Shown here piece after piece: positions 56,031-63,980 of a stretch of 64,000 bases of DNA. The translations under genes were made by a program, and so were the position numbers. Under the pieces are notes generated by a model. It saw nothing but the letters and a program-made list of their open reading frames with translations, was not told the origin of the DNA and searched no databases. Each line of letters opens with the position of its first letter. Within the stretch, counting starts at the first letter, position 1. This stretch comes from a virus. Lineage: Duplodnaviria; Caudoviricetes. Location of the stretch: the IMG/VR virus record IMGVR_UViG_3300043464_002149; one strand, 5' to 3'.

Positions 56031-57233
56031 ATGGTCTCCTTAAAAGATTTAGAAAGATATTATCAAGATGGTTTGTTATTAAAACAAACACATCCAAGAC
56101 ATGATTTAACCATTTGGAATTATTCTTCAAAGGTTCAATATGAAAGATTGTGGGATGATGTTACCACGCAATGTCGCGGATTAGTTACAAACTCAAAAGG
56201 AGATATAGTTGCTAGACCATTTAAAAAATTCTTTAACTATGAAGAACATAAACCAGAAGATTTACCAAATGAATCTTTTGAGGTTTATGAAAAAATGGAT
56301 GGATCGTTGGGTATTCTTTTTTATTATGAATATGAATTGAGTGATGAAAATAGATACAACATATGGTTTAATAACAATTATGAAACGGGTATGGAAAGAT
56401 TCTTTGATCCCAACAACTTGCCTGACTTCGATAACTCTTATTATGAACCAACACCAAAAAATAAGGGTGAATGGATATTAGCAACTAGAGGGTCATTTAC
56501 ATCACCACAATCAATCAAAGGAAAGGAACTTTTAGAGAAATATAATTTTGAAAGATTACATACTGGCTACACATATTTGTTTGAAATTATATACAAAGAA
56601 AATAGAATAGTATGTGATTATGATTATGAAGATGTTGTCTTATTGGGAATGATTGATACAAAATCAGGAAACGAGGTTAACATTCATAATAATAACGAAG
56701 ATCTTCGTTTTACAAATATGGTTTCCAACATTGGATTTCGTGTTGTTATGTTATATAAAACCTGGGGTGAAGGGTATGATTTATTGAAAGAGGAAATATC
56801 TAACGACAGAGAAGGATATGTTATTCGTTTTAAAAACGGTTTTCGTATGAAAATCAAAGGAGAAGAATACAAGCGCCTTCATCGAATATTAACCAACATT
56901 TCTAATAGAGATATCTGGGAGTATTTAAAAGATCATAAACCATTTGATGAGATTTTAGATAAGGTACCGGATGAATTTTATGATTGGGTAAGTAATACCG
57001 CGGACACCCTTTTAGAGAAATACGAAGAAATTGAAAAAAAATCTTTAATTGATTTTGCCAGAATTATAAAAAGCTGTAATATTGATGATAGAAAATGTTT
57101 TGCATTAGAAGCGTTAAAATGTAATAACCCTTCCATTTTATTTTCAATGCTAGACAAGAAAGATTATAGAGATATAATCTGGAAAATTATTTACCCAACT
57201 TACTCAAAACCCTTTAAAAATGATGAAAGCTGA
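56031..57233 (+). CDS. T4 Rnl1-type RNA ligase
   Basis: QCRGLV, ARPFKKFFNYEE, EKMDGSLG (motif I), ATRGSF, TYLFEII, EGYVIRF, MKIKGEEY. Confidence 0.88.
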   Translation: MVSLKDLERYYQDGLLLKQTHPRHDLTIWNYSSKVQYERLWDDVTTQCRGLVTNSKGDIVARPFKKFFNYEEHKPEDLPNESFEVYEKMDGSLGILFYYEYELSDENRYNIWFNNNYETGMERFFDPNNLPDFDNSYYEPTPKNKGEWILATRGSFTSPQSIKGKELLEKYNFERLHTGYTYLFEIIYKENRIVCDYDYEDVVLLGMIDTKSGNEVNIHNNNEDLRFTNMVSNIGFRVVMLYKTWGEGYDLLKEEISNDREGYVIRFKNGFRMKIKGEEYKRLHRILTNISNRDIWEYLKDHKPFDEILDKVPDEFYDWVSNTADTLLEKYEEIEKKSLIDFARIIKSCNIDDRKCFALEALKCNNPSILFSMLDKKDYRDIIWKIIYPTYSKPFKNDES

Positions 57234-57564
57234 AAAAGACAAATTTAATGTGTTCGTTAAAGGAAAGTACAAAAACTTTGAAGACTTTCTTGAAAAGAAT
57301 AAAGATCTAATTTACAATGGTGTAATAGATAGTTTTAAAGAACTTTTAGGTTCTAGAAAAAGAAAAATCAAATACACGGTAAATGCCACAGTAAAGCTGG
57401 AAACAAATGAAGTGGTTGAGTGGAATACGGAATTTTTATTACTGAAAAAAGAACCGGATATTCTGATTGATCATATAATGCAACATTATGAAAGTAATGA
57501 AGATTACGAAAAATGCTCTGAAATATTAAATTTATATAAAGAGTTGACAAATAATGTGAAATAA
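57220..57564 (+). CDS. hypothetical protein with a C-terminal UVR-like motif
   Basis: YESNEDYEKCSEILNL. Confidence 0.55.
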   Translation: MMKAEKDKFNVFVKGKYKNFEDFLEKNKDLIYNGVIDSFKELLGSRKRKIKYTVNATVKLETNEVVEWNTEFLLLKKEPDILIDHIMQHYESNEDYEKCSEILNLYKELTNNVK

Positions 57565-57576
57565 TCTATATTACTT

Positions 57577-57617
57577 TATAAACGTATAATAGAGGTACGT
57601 TTAGTCATTTCTTGCCA
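57577..57617 (+). ncRNA. candidate short ORF-less transcript between a TTGACA-17-TATATT promoter and a terminator
   Basis: Promoter 57544-57572; hairpin AAACGTA/TACGTTT (57580-57602); no start codon before the terminator. Confidence 0.3.
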
Positions 57618-57651
57618 AAAAAGCCCTCGTTTTAACGAGGGTTTTTATTTT
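57618..57651. terminator. bidirectional intrinsic terminator between convergent operons
   Basis: AAAAAGCCCTCGT-TTTA-ACGAGGGTTTTT. Confidence 0.85.
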
Positions 57652-57671
57652 TGTGCTATTGATAGATAATA

Positions 57672-59087
57672 TTAAAGTATCATTCTTGATCCAATTAAAA
57701 AATTACTTAAAAATGGCGATCCAGCTGCCGTATTACCACTTAATTTGTAATTTATTGTGAACCCAAATCTTTTTGTTATTTTATAATCAAAAGATGAACC
57801 AAGTAAAAAACCGACACTCTTACTTACTGTTGATTCGCCAGTAAGACTATTCCAGGAAATAGGCGCAAACATAGTAAACACTTGTGGTGATATACTTAAT
57901 TTCTTATTATATTGATAAGGTTTTGTCCAAAATGCAACAACAGATGATGACATATTATGATCATATCCGTTATCCATATTTTTAAGCATTAAATTAATTA
58001 TACCAACATTATATCCAAATACCCCATATTTTAGGGTTGGTTTAATATATGTGTAACCCATTAAATTCATGTAATTACCATTTAAATAAGCAAATGCTGT
58101 TGAATATGAATGTATGGCTTTTAGTTTACCATTAGCAAAGTCCATTTTAGTATAACCACCGCTAACTATAAATGTCTTTAAATCGCTCATAATAACAGTA
58201 TTAGCTGAATAACTTTCGTCACCCATTAACGACGATTTAGAAACACCAATTGTTGCTGATTGTAACCATCTACCATCTGGAGATTCTATAACTGATAAAT
58301 CTGAAGATAACAACATCGGATTTGATACAGCCGCTTTTTCTTTTTTCTTTTCTTCCTTTTTCTCTTCCTTTTTTTCTTCTTTCTTTTCCTCCTTAGATTC
58401 TTCTTTCTTTTCTTCTTTTTTAGATTCTGATTTTGATTCTTCTTTTTTCTCCTCACTCTTACTTTCTGATTTAGATTCACTCTTACTTTCAGATTTTGAT
58501 TCCGTTTTAGCCTCTGTTTTAGTCTCAGTTTTACTTTCTGAAGAAGAACTTGAACTAGATGATGATGATGATCCACCAGAGCTTTGTGATGACGAAGATG
58601 ATGTACCACTGCTAGCTGGTGCCGGTGGTGGTGTTGAGGTTGTTGGTGGTGGTGTACTTGAAGCACTGCTTGCAGCTGCGCTACTAGCCGAACTACTTGC
58701 TGCTGAACTTGCAGAACTACTTGCAGCAGATGACGCTGCTGACGATGCCGCACTACTAGCAGCCGCAGAAGCAGCATTTGCAGCTGTTTGTGCCGCAGCA
58801 TTTGTTACTGCTTGTTGTACAACAGGATTATTAATTATAGGGCAAGTAAGAGACTCATATGTCGCTTTAGTAGTTAATAGCCACGCCTGTACAACACCCG
58901 TTTGTACTTCTAACGGTGAAAACGTTCTTATTTGATTATAAAATGAAACAGTTGCATAACCATTAATCATTGTTGTTGTAGCAGTCTTTTTTTCACCACT
59001 ACATTTATCAATGAAAGTTTGTGTATAGGTTTGACCGAACGATTTTATCGAAATAAAAATAAAAATAAAAAATAATATTTTTTTCAT
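57672..59087 (-). CDS. exported protein with low-complexity linkers and a C-terminal outer-membrane beta-barrel-like domain
   Basis: Signal peptide ..KSFG-Q; Ala/Ser, Pro/Thr and Lys/Glu tracts; alternating amphipathic strands ending FLIGSRMIL. Confidence 0.65.
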   Translation of the reverse strand: MKKILFFIFIFISIKSFGQTYTQTFIDKCSGEKKTATTTMINGYATVSFYNQIRTFSPLEVQTGVVQAWLLTTKATYESLTCPIINNPVVQQAVTNAAAQTAANAASAAASSAASSAASSAASSSASSAASSSASSAAASSASSTPPPTTSTPPPAPASSGTSSSSSQSSGGSSSSSSSSSSSESKTETKTEAKTESKSESKSESKSESKSEEKKEESKSESKKEEKKEESKEEKKEEKKEEKKEEKKKEKAAVSNPMLLSSDLSVIESPDGRWLQSATIGVSKSSLMGDESYSANTVIMSDLKTFIVSGGYTKMDFANGKLKAIHSYSTAFAYLNGNYMNLMGYTYIKPTLKYGVFGYNVGIINLMLKNMDNGYDHNMSSSVVAFWTKPYQYNKKLSISPQVFTMFAPISWNSLTGESTVSKSVGFLLGSSFDYKITKRFGFTINYKLSGNTAAGSPFLSNFLIGSRMIL

Positions 59088-59881
59088 TACTTATTATGTA
59101 ATCCAATACTTATTTGATTGAAATTTCTTATTGGATCTCGATCTAATTTTAATGTAAAGAATTTAAAGTCTCTTATTATACCAAATTTAAATGTTGTAAA
59201 ATTGGAATTTGATTTAGGAAATGATATACCTCCAAGCACATCTCTACCTTGGTATCTAATATTCTCATTACCAAATCCAATCATACCATGAACACCTAAT
59301 TTGCCAAATCTTTTCCCACCACCAAGATACAATGTACCTTGTTTAATAAAATCATTATTACTTAATGGGAAATCTACTTCGTTAATTCTACCATATGGAT
59401 AATATTGATTCTGATCAATATCGTAAGACATTGTATAATCTAAAATAAAATATCCTTTTTTTCTCCCTACAGCACCCCAAAAAGATACTTGTTCATTATT
59501 TGTATAACCAAAACCAAAAGTGGTGTAAACAGATTCTTTTCTAATAGTGTCTCTTTTACCATTTTCATATACATGAATTACACTTCTTTGTCTCCAACCC
59601 AAATCGTCATACCAAATGTATGGAAATGGTTGATACCAACCCCAGTTTCCCCAATAGTATCCAAATTGGTTAGGTCTACCCCAATTTTGAATTCTAACCC
59701 TACCACGTGGATCTGGTTGAGGTGAGTTATTTCTCCATCTACTAACATCATTTCTTTGTGGAACAGATGGGGTTATTCTAGGTGTCTCTACTCTTTGTTG
59801 AGGAGGATTATTTCTCCAAGATGAAACTTGACCAAACATAAGTGATGGTACAAGCAATAGCGCTAATAATATAAATTTCAT
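59087..59881 (-). CDS. exported outer-membrane beta-barrel-like protein with an Arg/Trp/Gly-rich N-terminal region
   Basis: Signal peptide ..LMFG-Q; strands YTTFGFGY, LYLGGGKRF, VHGMIGFG, FKFGIIRDF, ISIGLH. Confidence 0.6.
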   Translation of the reverse strand: MKFILLALLLVPSLMFGQVSSWRNNPPQQRVETPRITPSVPQRNDVSRWRNNSPQPDPRGRVRIQNWGRPNQFGYYWGNWGWYQPFPYIWYDDLGWRQRSVIHVYENGKRDTIRKESVYTTFGFGYTNNEQVSFWGAVGRKKGYFILDYTMSYDIDQNQYYPYGRINEVDFPLSNNDFIKQGTLYLGGGKRFGKLGVHGMIGFGNENIRYQGRDVLGGISFPKSNSNFTTFKFGIIRDFKFFTLKLDRDPIRNFNQISIGLHNK

Positions 59882-59908
59882 ACCTTATTGTTTTATTATA
59901 AATATAAA

Positions 59909-59934
59909 AAAAGGAGGTTATAATGCCTCCTTTT
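59909..59934 (-). terminator. terminator after the CsgG-like gene, immediately followed by TATTTAT (59898-59904)
   Basis: AAAAGGAGG-loop-CCTCCTTTT hairpin. Confidence 0.8.
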
Positions 59935-59956
59935 ATATAAAAATTAATATTCTGTA

Positions 59957-60676
59957 TTATTTTGTGAATATGCCTTTTTTAATCATTCTATCCAGAATGT
60001 TAGCACAAGCGATATCTAATGCCTTTTTAGTTGCAATTGATATTGTGGATTGGTTAAATTTGATTGGATCAACTGTAGCGTCTGACAAAAGCGTCAATTC
60101 TCTACTTGTTTTAGCTTCACCCAAACCAGATGCTCCAAACACAATACCAGTTTCGGCATTTGTGAATCTAACTTGTAAACCAATTCTTGTTACCATATTA
60201 TCTTTAATACCATCCTTTAGGTTGATAGTTTCATCTTCAGAAATTGAATAATCATAACATTCGATCGTTACAAAATACTCAGCTAGATTAATCTTACCTC
60301 TACCATCTAGTTTGTTTTCAGATATGCCTGCTTGTGACGCTTGGAATTGTTTAACCATTCTATTTTTAATTTCTGTTTTATCTTCTGTAAATTTAAATCT
60401 ATTTAAATTCTCTAGATATTCCATAGAAATGTTAGCAACCCCAAGACCTACTCTTTTTTCTTTTAATTCTGGGTACATCTCATATACTTCATCAGATATT
60501 CCCGCTTTTAAAATTTGAATAGGTATTTGCGGCCCCTCATAATCAAGATATGCCGAAATATCTTTTTTCTTTTCAAAATCAGCTTTATATTCTTCTGTTT
60601 TTGTCTTTCCAATTGTCTGAGCATGTGAAGTTATACCGATTAGTATAACAGTTAATAATAGAAATGCTTTTTTCAT
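59957..60676 (-). CDS. CsgG-family (curli transport-like) exported protein
   Basis: Signal peptide ..TSHA-Q; GLGVANISMEYLENLNRFKFTE...AEYFVTIECYDY...IGLQVRFTNAETG pattern of the CsgG/TolB-N-like fold. Confidence 0.65.
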   Translation of the reverse strand: MKKAFLLLTVILIGITSHAQTIGKTKTEEYKADFEKKKDISAYLDYEGPQIPIQILKAGISDEVYEMYPELKEKRVGLGVANISMEYLENLNRFKFTEDKTEIKNRMVKQFQASQAGISENKLDGRGKINLAEYFVTIECYDYSISEDETINLKDGIKDNMVTRIGLQVRFTNAETGIVFGASGLGEAKTSRELTLLSDATVDPIKFNQSTISIATKKALDIACANILDRMIKKGIFTK

Positions 60677-60682
60677 ATGTCT

Positions 60683-60901
60683 TTATTTATTATACCAGAT
60701 ATTTTCTGGATTGTTTTTAAATGTCCCATCAATTTTCCAAGAGATCTCGTTGGCGATTCTTCTCATTTCTTCATCTTGATGTGTTGCTATTAAAAATACA
60801 CCGTATAATTGAAATACTAGCGCGAACATAATCCATGTACCGCTTAATACTAGAAATGTATTAAATAATAAATCTTTAGTTTTAGTTAATAAATTTTTCA
60901 T
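60683..60901 (-). CDS. small membrane protein
   Basis: Long hydrophobic segment LFNTFLVLSGTWIMFALVFQLYGVFLIA. Confidence 0.6.
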   Translation of the reverse strand: MKNLLTKTKDLLFNTFLVLSGTWIMFALVFQLYGVFLIATHQDEEMRRIANEISWKIDGTFKNNPENIWYNK

Positions 60902-60922
60902 CTTTTAATATAATATTGTTTT

Positions 60923-61183
60923 TTATCCCTCCACTTCCTCTTCTTTTTTAAGGTTTTTGTTATTGATCCACTTATCTACAGATGCAATACCAAACGCCCC
61001 AAGAGTGATAACTAAAAAGCCATCAAATATGAATTCGTTTATTACTAATGGTTTACCCATATAGCCTGTTACTAAATCAACAACTAATGCGATTACCATA
61101 CATATAAAAGATGAAAATCCGACTACCGATTTTTCGTTAATAGAGTTGTTGTCATTAAATAATTCCTTTAAGAAACTTGCCAT
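60923..61183 (-). CDS. small two-TM protein (holin-like size and topology)
   Basis: Two hydrophobic segments and a charged C-terminus KNLKKEEEVEG. Confidence 0.5.
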   Translation of the reverse strand: MASFLKELFNDNNSINEKSVVGFSSFICMVIALVVDLVTGYMGKPLVINEFIFDGFLVITLGAFGIASVDKWINNKNLKKEEEVEG

Positions 61184-61226
61184 GTTTTTTTAATTTTTGT
61201 GTTTGTTTATTTGTTTTTTTTTTATT

Positions 61227-61865
61227 TTATCCTTCCATTGTCATTTCTGCGTAATCATCTCTGATTTTACCACACTTAAGACATTCTTCGGTTCCATCAC
61301 CATCTAGGTCACCCCAAACGTGTTCACATTGTCTATGTGCAAAATATTCATCGATTTTACCATCACCATCAAAGTCTAAACCATCCATAACACCATCACC
61401 ATCCTCATCAACTTCAACACCAACTTTGGTTTCGGTTTTGAAAGGACTTTCGATATGTTGTGGATTATTTGGTTCTGATTTTACATTTAATTCTGTTGTT
61501 GATTCTGATAATACTAATGGTGCGGTTGACATTGGTACAATTGGATTATTTGGCATATCGGCAGTATTACTTAATGATGTGCCATCTTCTTCATCCATCT
61601 TTTGTACTAACATTTTATCCTTATCAGTATCGCTGAACCAATAGTCAATGATTTTACCATAAGAACCAATAAAAGCACCTAATAACAATAATAGAAGTTC
61701 TTTCCATTCTCCTTCTATTGCAGATTTAGAAAATATTGCGAAGAACATTCCTCCTACAATAAACATAAATCCACCCAATACCAACGCAGTGATATACCAT
61801 CTACGCTTCATCATTGCATTTAATAAATCTTTAAATCCACTTGGTTGTTCAGTTTTTTCTACCAT
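61227..61865 (-). CDS. two-TM protein with DxDGDG Ca-binding-like loops and a C-terminal Cys/His cluster
   Basis: DEDGDG, DFDGDG, DLDGDG; CEH...CLKC. Confidence 0.65.
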   Translation of the reverse strand: MVEKTEQPSGFKDLLNAMMKRRWYITALVLGGFMFIVGGMFFAIFSKSAIEGEWKELLLLLLGAFIGSYGKIIDYWFSDTDKDKMLVQKMDEEDGTSLSNTADMPNNPIVPMSTAPLVLSESTTELNVKSEPNNPQHIESPFKTETKVGVEVDEDGDGVMDGLDFDGDGKIDEYFAHRQCEHVWGDLDGDGTEECLKCGKIRDDYAEMTMEG

Positions 61866-61867
61866 TT

Positions 61868-62113
61868 TTATTTATTTTTTTTTAAAAGAGATTTTATATC
61901 ACAATAACAGGAATTAGCGCCGTGAGCTATTGCCATTAGTATCCACATTAAAGTCATTTCACTCAACCCAAAAAAAGTTTTAGGATTATCAGTACTTAAT
62001 GTGTTTGGTGAACAATGTGTTATTGATTGTATTGGTTCGTAAAAATAGAACGCTAATCCTAAAAAAATTATAGAAACCCAATATCTTAGTATGTAGTATT
62101 TTACATTATTCAT
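61868..62113 (-). CDS. small membrane protein
   Basis: Two hydrophobic segments. ATG 62113 is preferred (ORF track 62158). Confidence 0.55.
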   Translation of the reverse strand: MNNVKYYILRYWVSIIFLGLAFYFYEPIQSITHCSPNTLSTDNPKTFFGLSEMTLMWILMAIAHGANSCYCDIKSLLKKNK

Positions 62114-62151
62114 ATTATTATTTCTTATCTTTTTCAAGACCATTTTAATTT

Positions 62152-62469
62152 TTACCATTTAGGGGCTTCTTCTTTAAATTCATCACCATCTTTCTTTTTA
62201 ACAGGTTTAGCTGGTTCTTTAACTGTTTCTTTTTCTTTAATAATCACAGTTTTACCCCCACCACCAGATGCTTGTTGAGCTTGTTGATTTGAGTTTGTAA
62301 TGTTAATTACTGGGGCTGCTTGTTGTACCGGAGCTGGTTCATCACCACCCGTAATTTGGGTTACACCCCAAGTTCCTAGGCCCATAACTGCTGTTGTTGC
62401 TACACCTATAATGGTCTTTTTTAATCCTGACCAAGTACCGTCATTTGCACTTTCTACTTCTTCTGACAT
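62152..62469 (-). CDS. single-TM protein with a low-complexity tail
   Basis: TIIGVATTAVMGLGTWGV segment; PVINITNS; ends FKEEAPKW. Confidence 0.6.
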   Translation of the reverse strand: MSEEVESANDGTWSGLKKTIIGVATTAVMGLGTWGVTQITGGDEPAPVQQAAPVINITNSNQQAQQASGGGGKTVIIKEKETVKEPAKPVKKKDGDEFKEEAPKW

Positions 62470-62509
62470 ATTTGTTTGTTTTTTAATTTTTTATTTTATT
62501 TTATTAACA

Positions 62510-63229
62510 TTATGCACCTAATGCTTTACTGAATCCATTAGGACAAGTTCTAGTACATATCAAATCCGCAATAATAGGTGCTACTGCAGTTCCGATTGCA
62601 ATACCAACTCCAGCAGGGGTAGCCCATAATGCCGCCGAATCTAAACTATGATAGATACAATTTGAACATACGTTTCTTAATAATTCTGAATCAATATTTT
62701 CACCAACACCAGGTATTGATAAAAATCCATCTGCCACTATTACACCCATTGCCGTTGATACTGCCATTTTAGCTGCCACATCTGCAACGTAAAGAACAGG
62801 CGTAGCCATCAACGATAATGTAGTTGAAGTTGCCGCTCCAGCAGGTTGTGCTGGTGTAAATGCCGCAACAACACCGGCAGAGATTACTGCGGTTATTGCT
62901 ATATTACAAGCGTTTTCGTCCGCCCAGTTATATGCCATCACAGCACCATCTTTTACCACTTCATATCCCTCTTTAACACCAGATTCTATTTGATTTCCAA
63001 CATTAATAAGTACCGGCATAACTTCTTCTTCCCATTCTCTACCTACCACATCTTCAACTCTATGATTTATTTCAGGATGGTCGTGAATGTATCTTATTGC
63101 TTTATTGGTTAATCCCCACGTATCACACGCCGAACAAGGTCCATCTCCTCCGAATCCATACCATCTTACATAGTTATCACCACAATCCGAGCGATGATAA
63201 ACAACTCCGTCTCCGTTTCTGTCTGCCAT
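62510..63229 (-). CDS. Cys-containing protein with hydrophobic Ala/Gly-rich C-terminal helices
   Basis: 8 Cys, no signal peptide; segments IAITAVISAGVVAAF and GVGIAIGTAVAPIIA. Confidence 0.6.
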   Translation of the reverse strand: MADRNGDGVVYHRSDCGDNYVRWYGFGGDGPCSACDTWGLTNKAIRYIHDHPEINHRVEDVVGREWEEEVMPVLINVGNQIESGVKEGYEVVKDGAVMAYNWADENACNIAITAVISAGVVAAFTPAQPAGAATSTTLSLMATPVLYVADVAAKMAVSTAMGVIVADGFLSIPGVGENIDSELLRNVCSNCIYHSLDSAALWATPAGVGIAIGTAVAPIIADLICTRTCPNGFSKALGA

Positions 63230-63255
63230 AATTTTTGTTTTTTTTGTTTTTTAAT

Positions 63256-63636
63256 TTATTGTATTTTATTGAAATCTGTTATTCCTAATTGCTTACCATT
63301 TGTATCGAATAATCCAATTCTGTATGCTGATGAAGGTAATGCTTTAGTATAGACTTTTAGTAAATTATCTCCAGCAACAACATTCATAGTTTCCTTAGAA
63401 ACTACTCTATTTGCAATATCAAATATTCTAACTGTAACTGATCCGGCTGTTTCTGTTTTAACATTCATGGCAACTTCAGATGTAACAAATGCCGTCTGTA
63501 GTTTAATGCCCACAGAATTTGTCATCTTAAGATCTTCAGACACCGACTGAGGCTCAGGTAAAATATCGTCTTTATAACATCCCGTTAAAATTGCGGATAT
63601 TAATACCAATAAGAGAGTTTTTTTCATTTTTGTCAT
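63256..63636 (-). CDS. lipoprotein with a T9SS C-terminal-sorting-domain-like Ig fold
   Basis: LTG-CYKDD lipobox plus K(D/E)2 export-signal-like motif; VRIFDIANRVV...GDNLLKVYTKALPSSAYRIGL...FNKI. Confidence 0.6.
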   Translation of the reverse strand: MTKMKKTLLLVLISAILTGCYKDDILPEPQSVSEDLKMTNSVGIKLQTAFVTSEVAMNVKTETAGSVTVRIFDIANRVVSKETMNVVAGDNLLKVYTKALPSSAYRIGLFDTNGKQLGITDFNKIQ

Positions 63637-63638
63637 TT

Positions 63639-63980
63639 TTACTTTAATATTATTATTGTCTTTTTTAATTCTTTTTTATTCTCATCCTCAAGCACTAAAT
63701 ATAAATATCTAGCCTGTATCGATTTGGTATAAATCTTTTTCATATTTTCACCATTTTGCCCAACAAATTTTTCTCTACTTACCACTTGCCCACTTTCTTT
63801 ATCAATCAAAGTCAATATATAAATACCATTTGAAGGCAAATCAAAATATATTGATTGATTATTAATAACGTTACTTTCATTCACATTAAATATTTTCTCT
63901 ATAGGTGGTGTTGGTGTTGGTAATTCGGGTTTAGTGCAACCCCATAATAATACAATAAACAGAAATACTATTTTCTTCAT
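63639..63980 (-). CDS. lipoprotein, probable paralogue of the downstream CTD-like lipoprotein
   Basis: LWG-CTKPE lipobox; YILTLIDKESGQVVSREKF..GENMKKIYTKSI..RYLYLVL. Confidence 0.6.
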   Translation of the reverse strand: MKKIVFLFIVLLWGCTKPELPTPTPPIEKIFNVNESNVINNQSIYFDLPSNGIYILTLIDKESGQVVSREKFVGQNGENMKKIYTKSIQARYLYLVLEDENKKELKKTIIILK

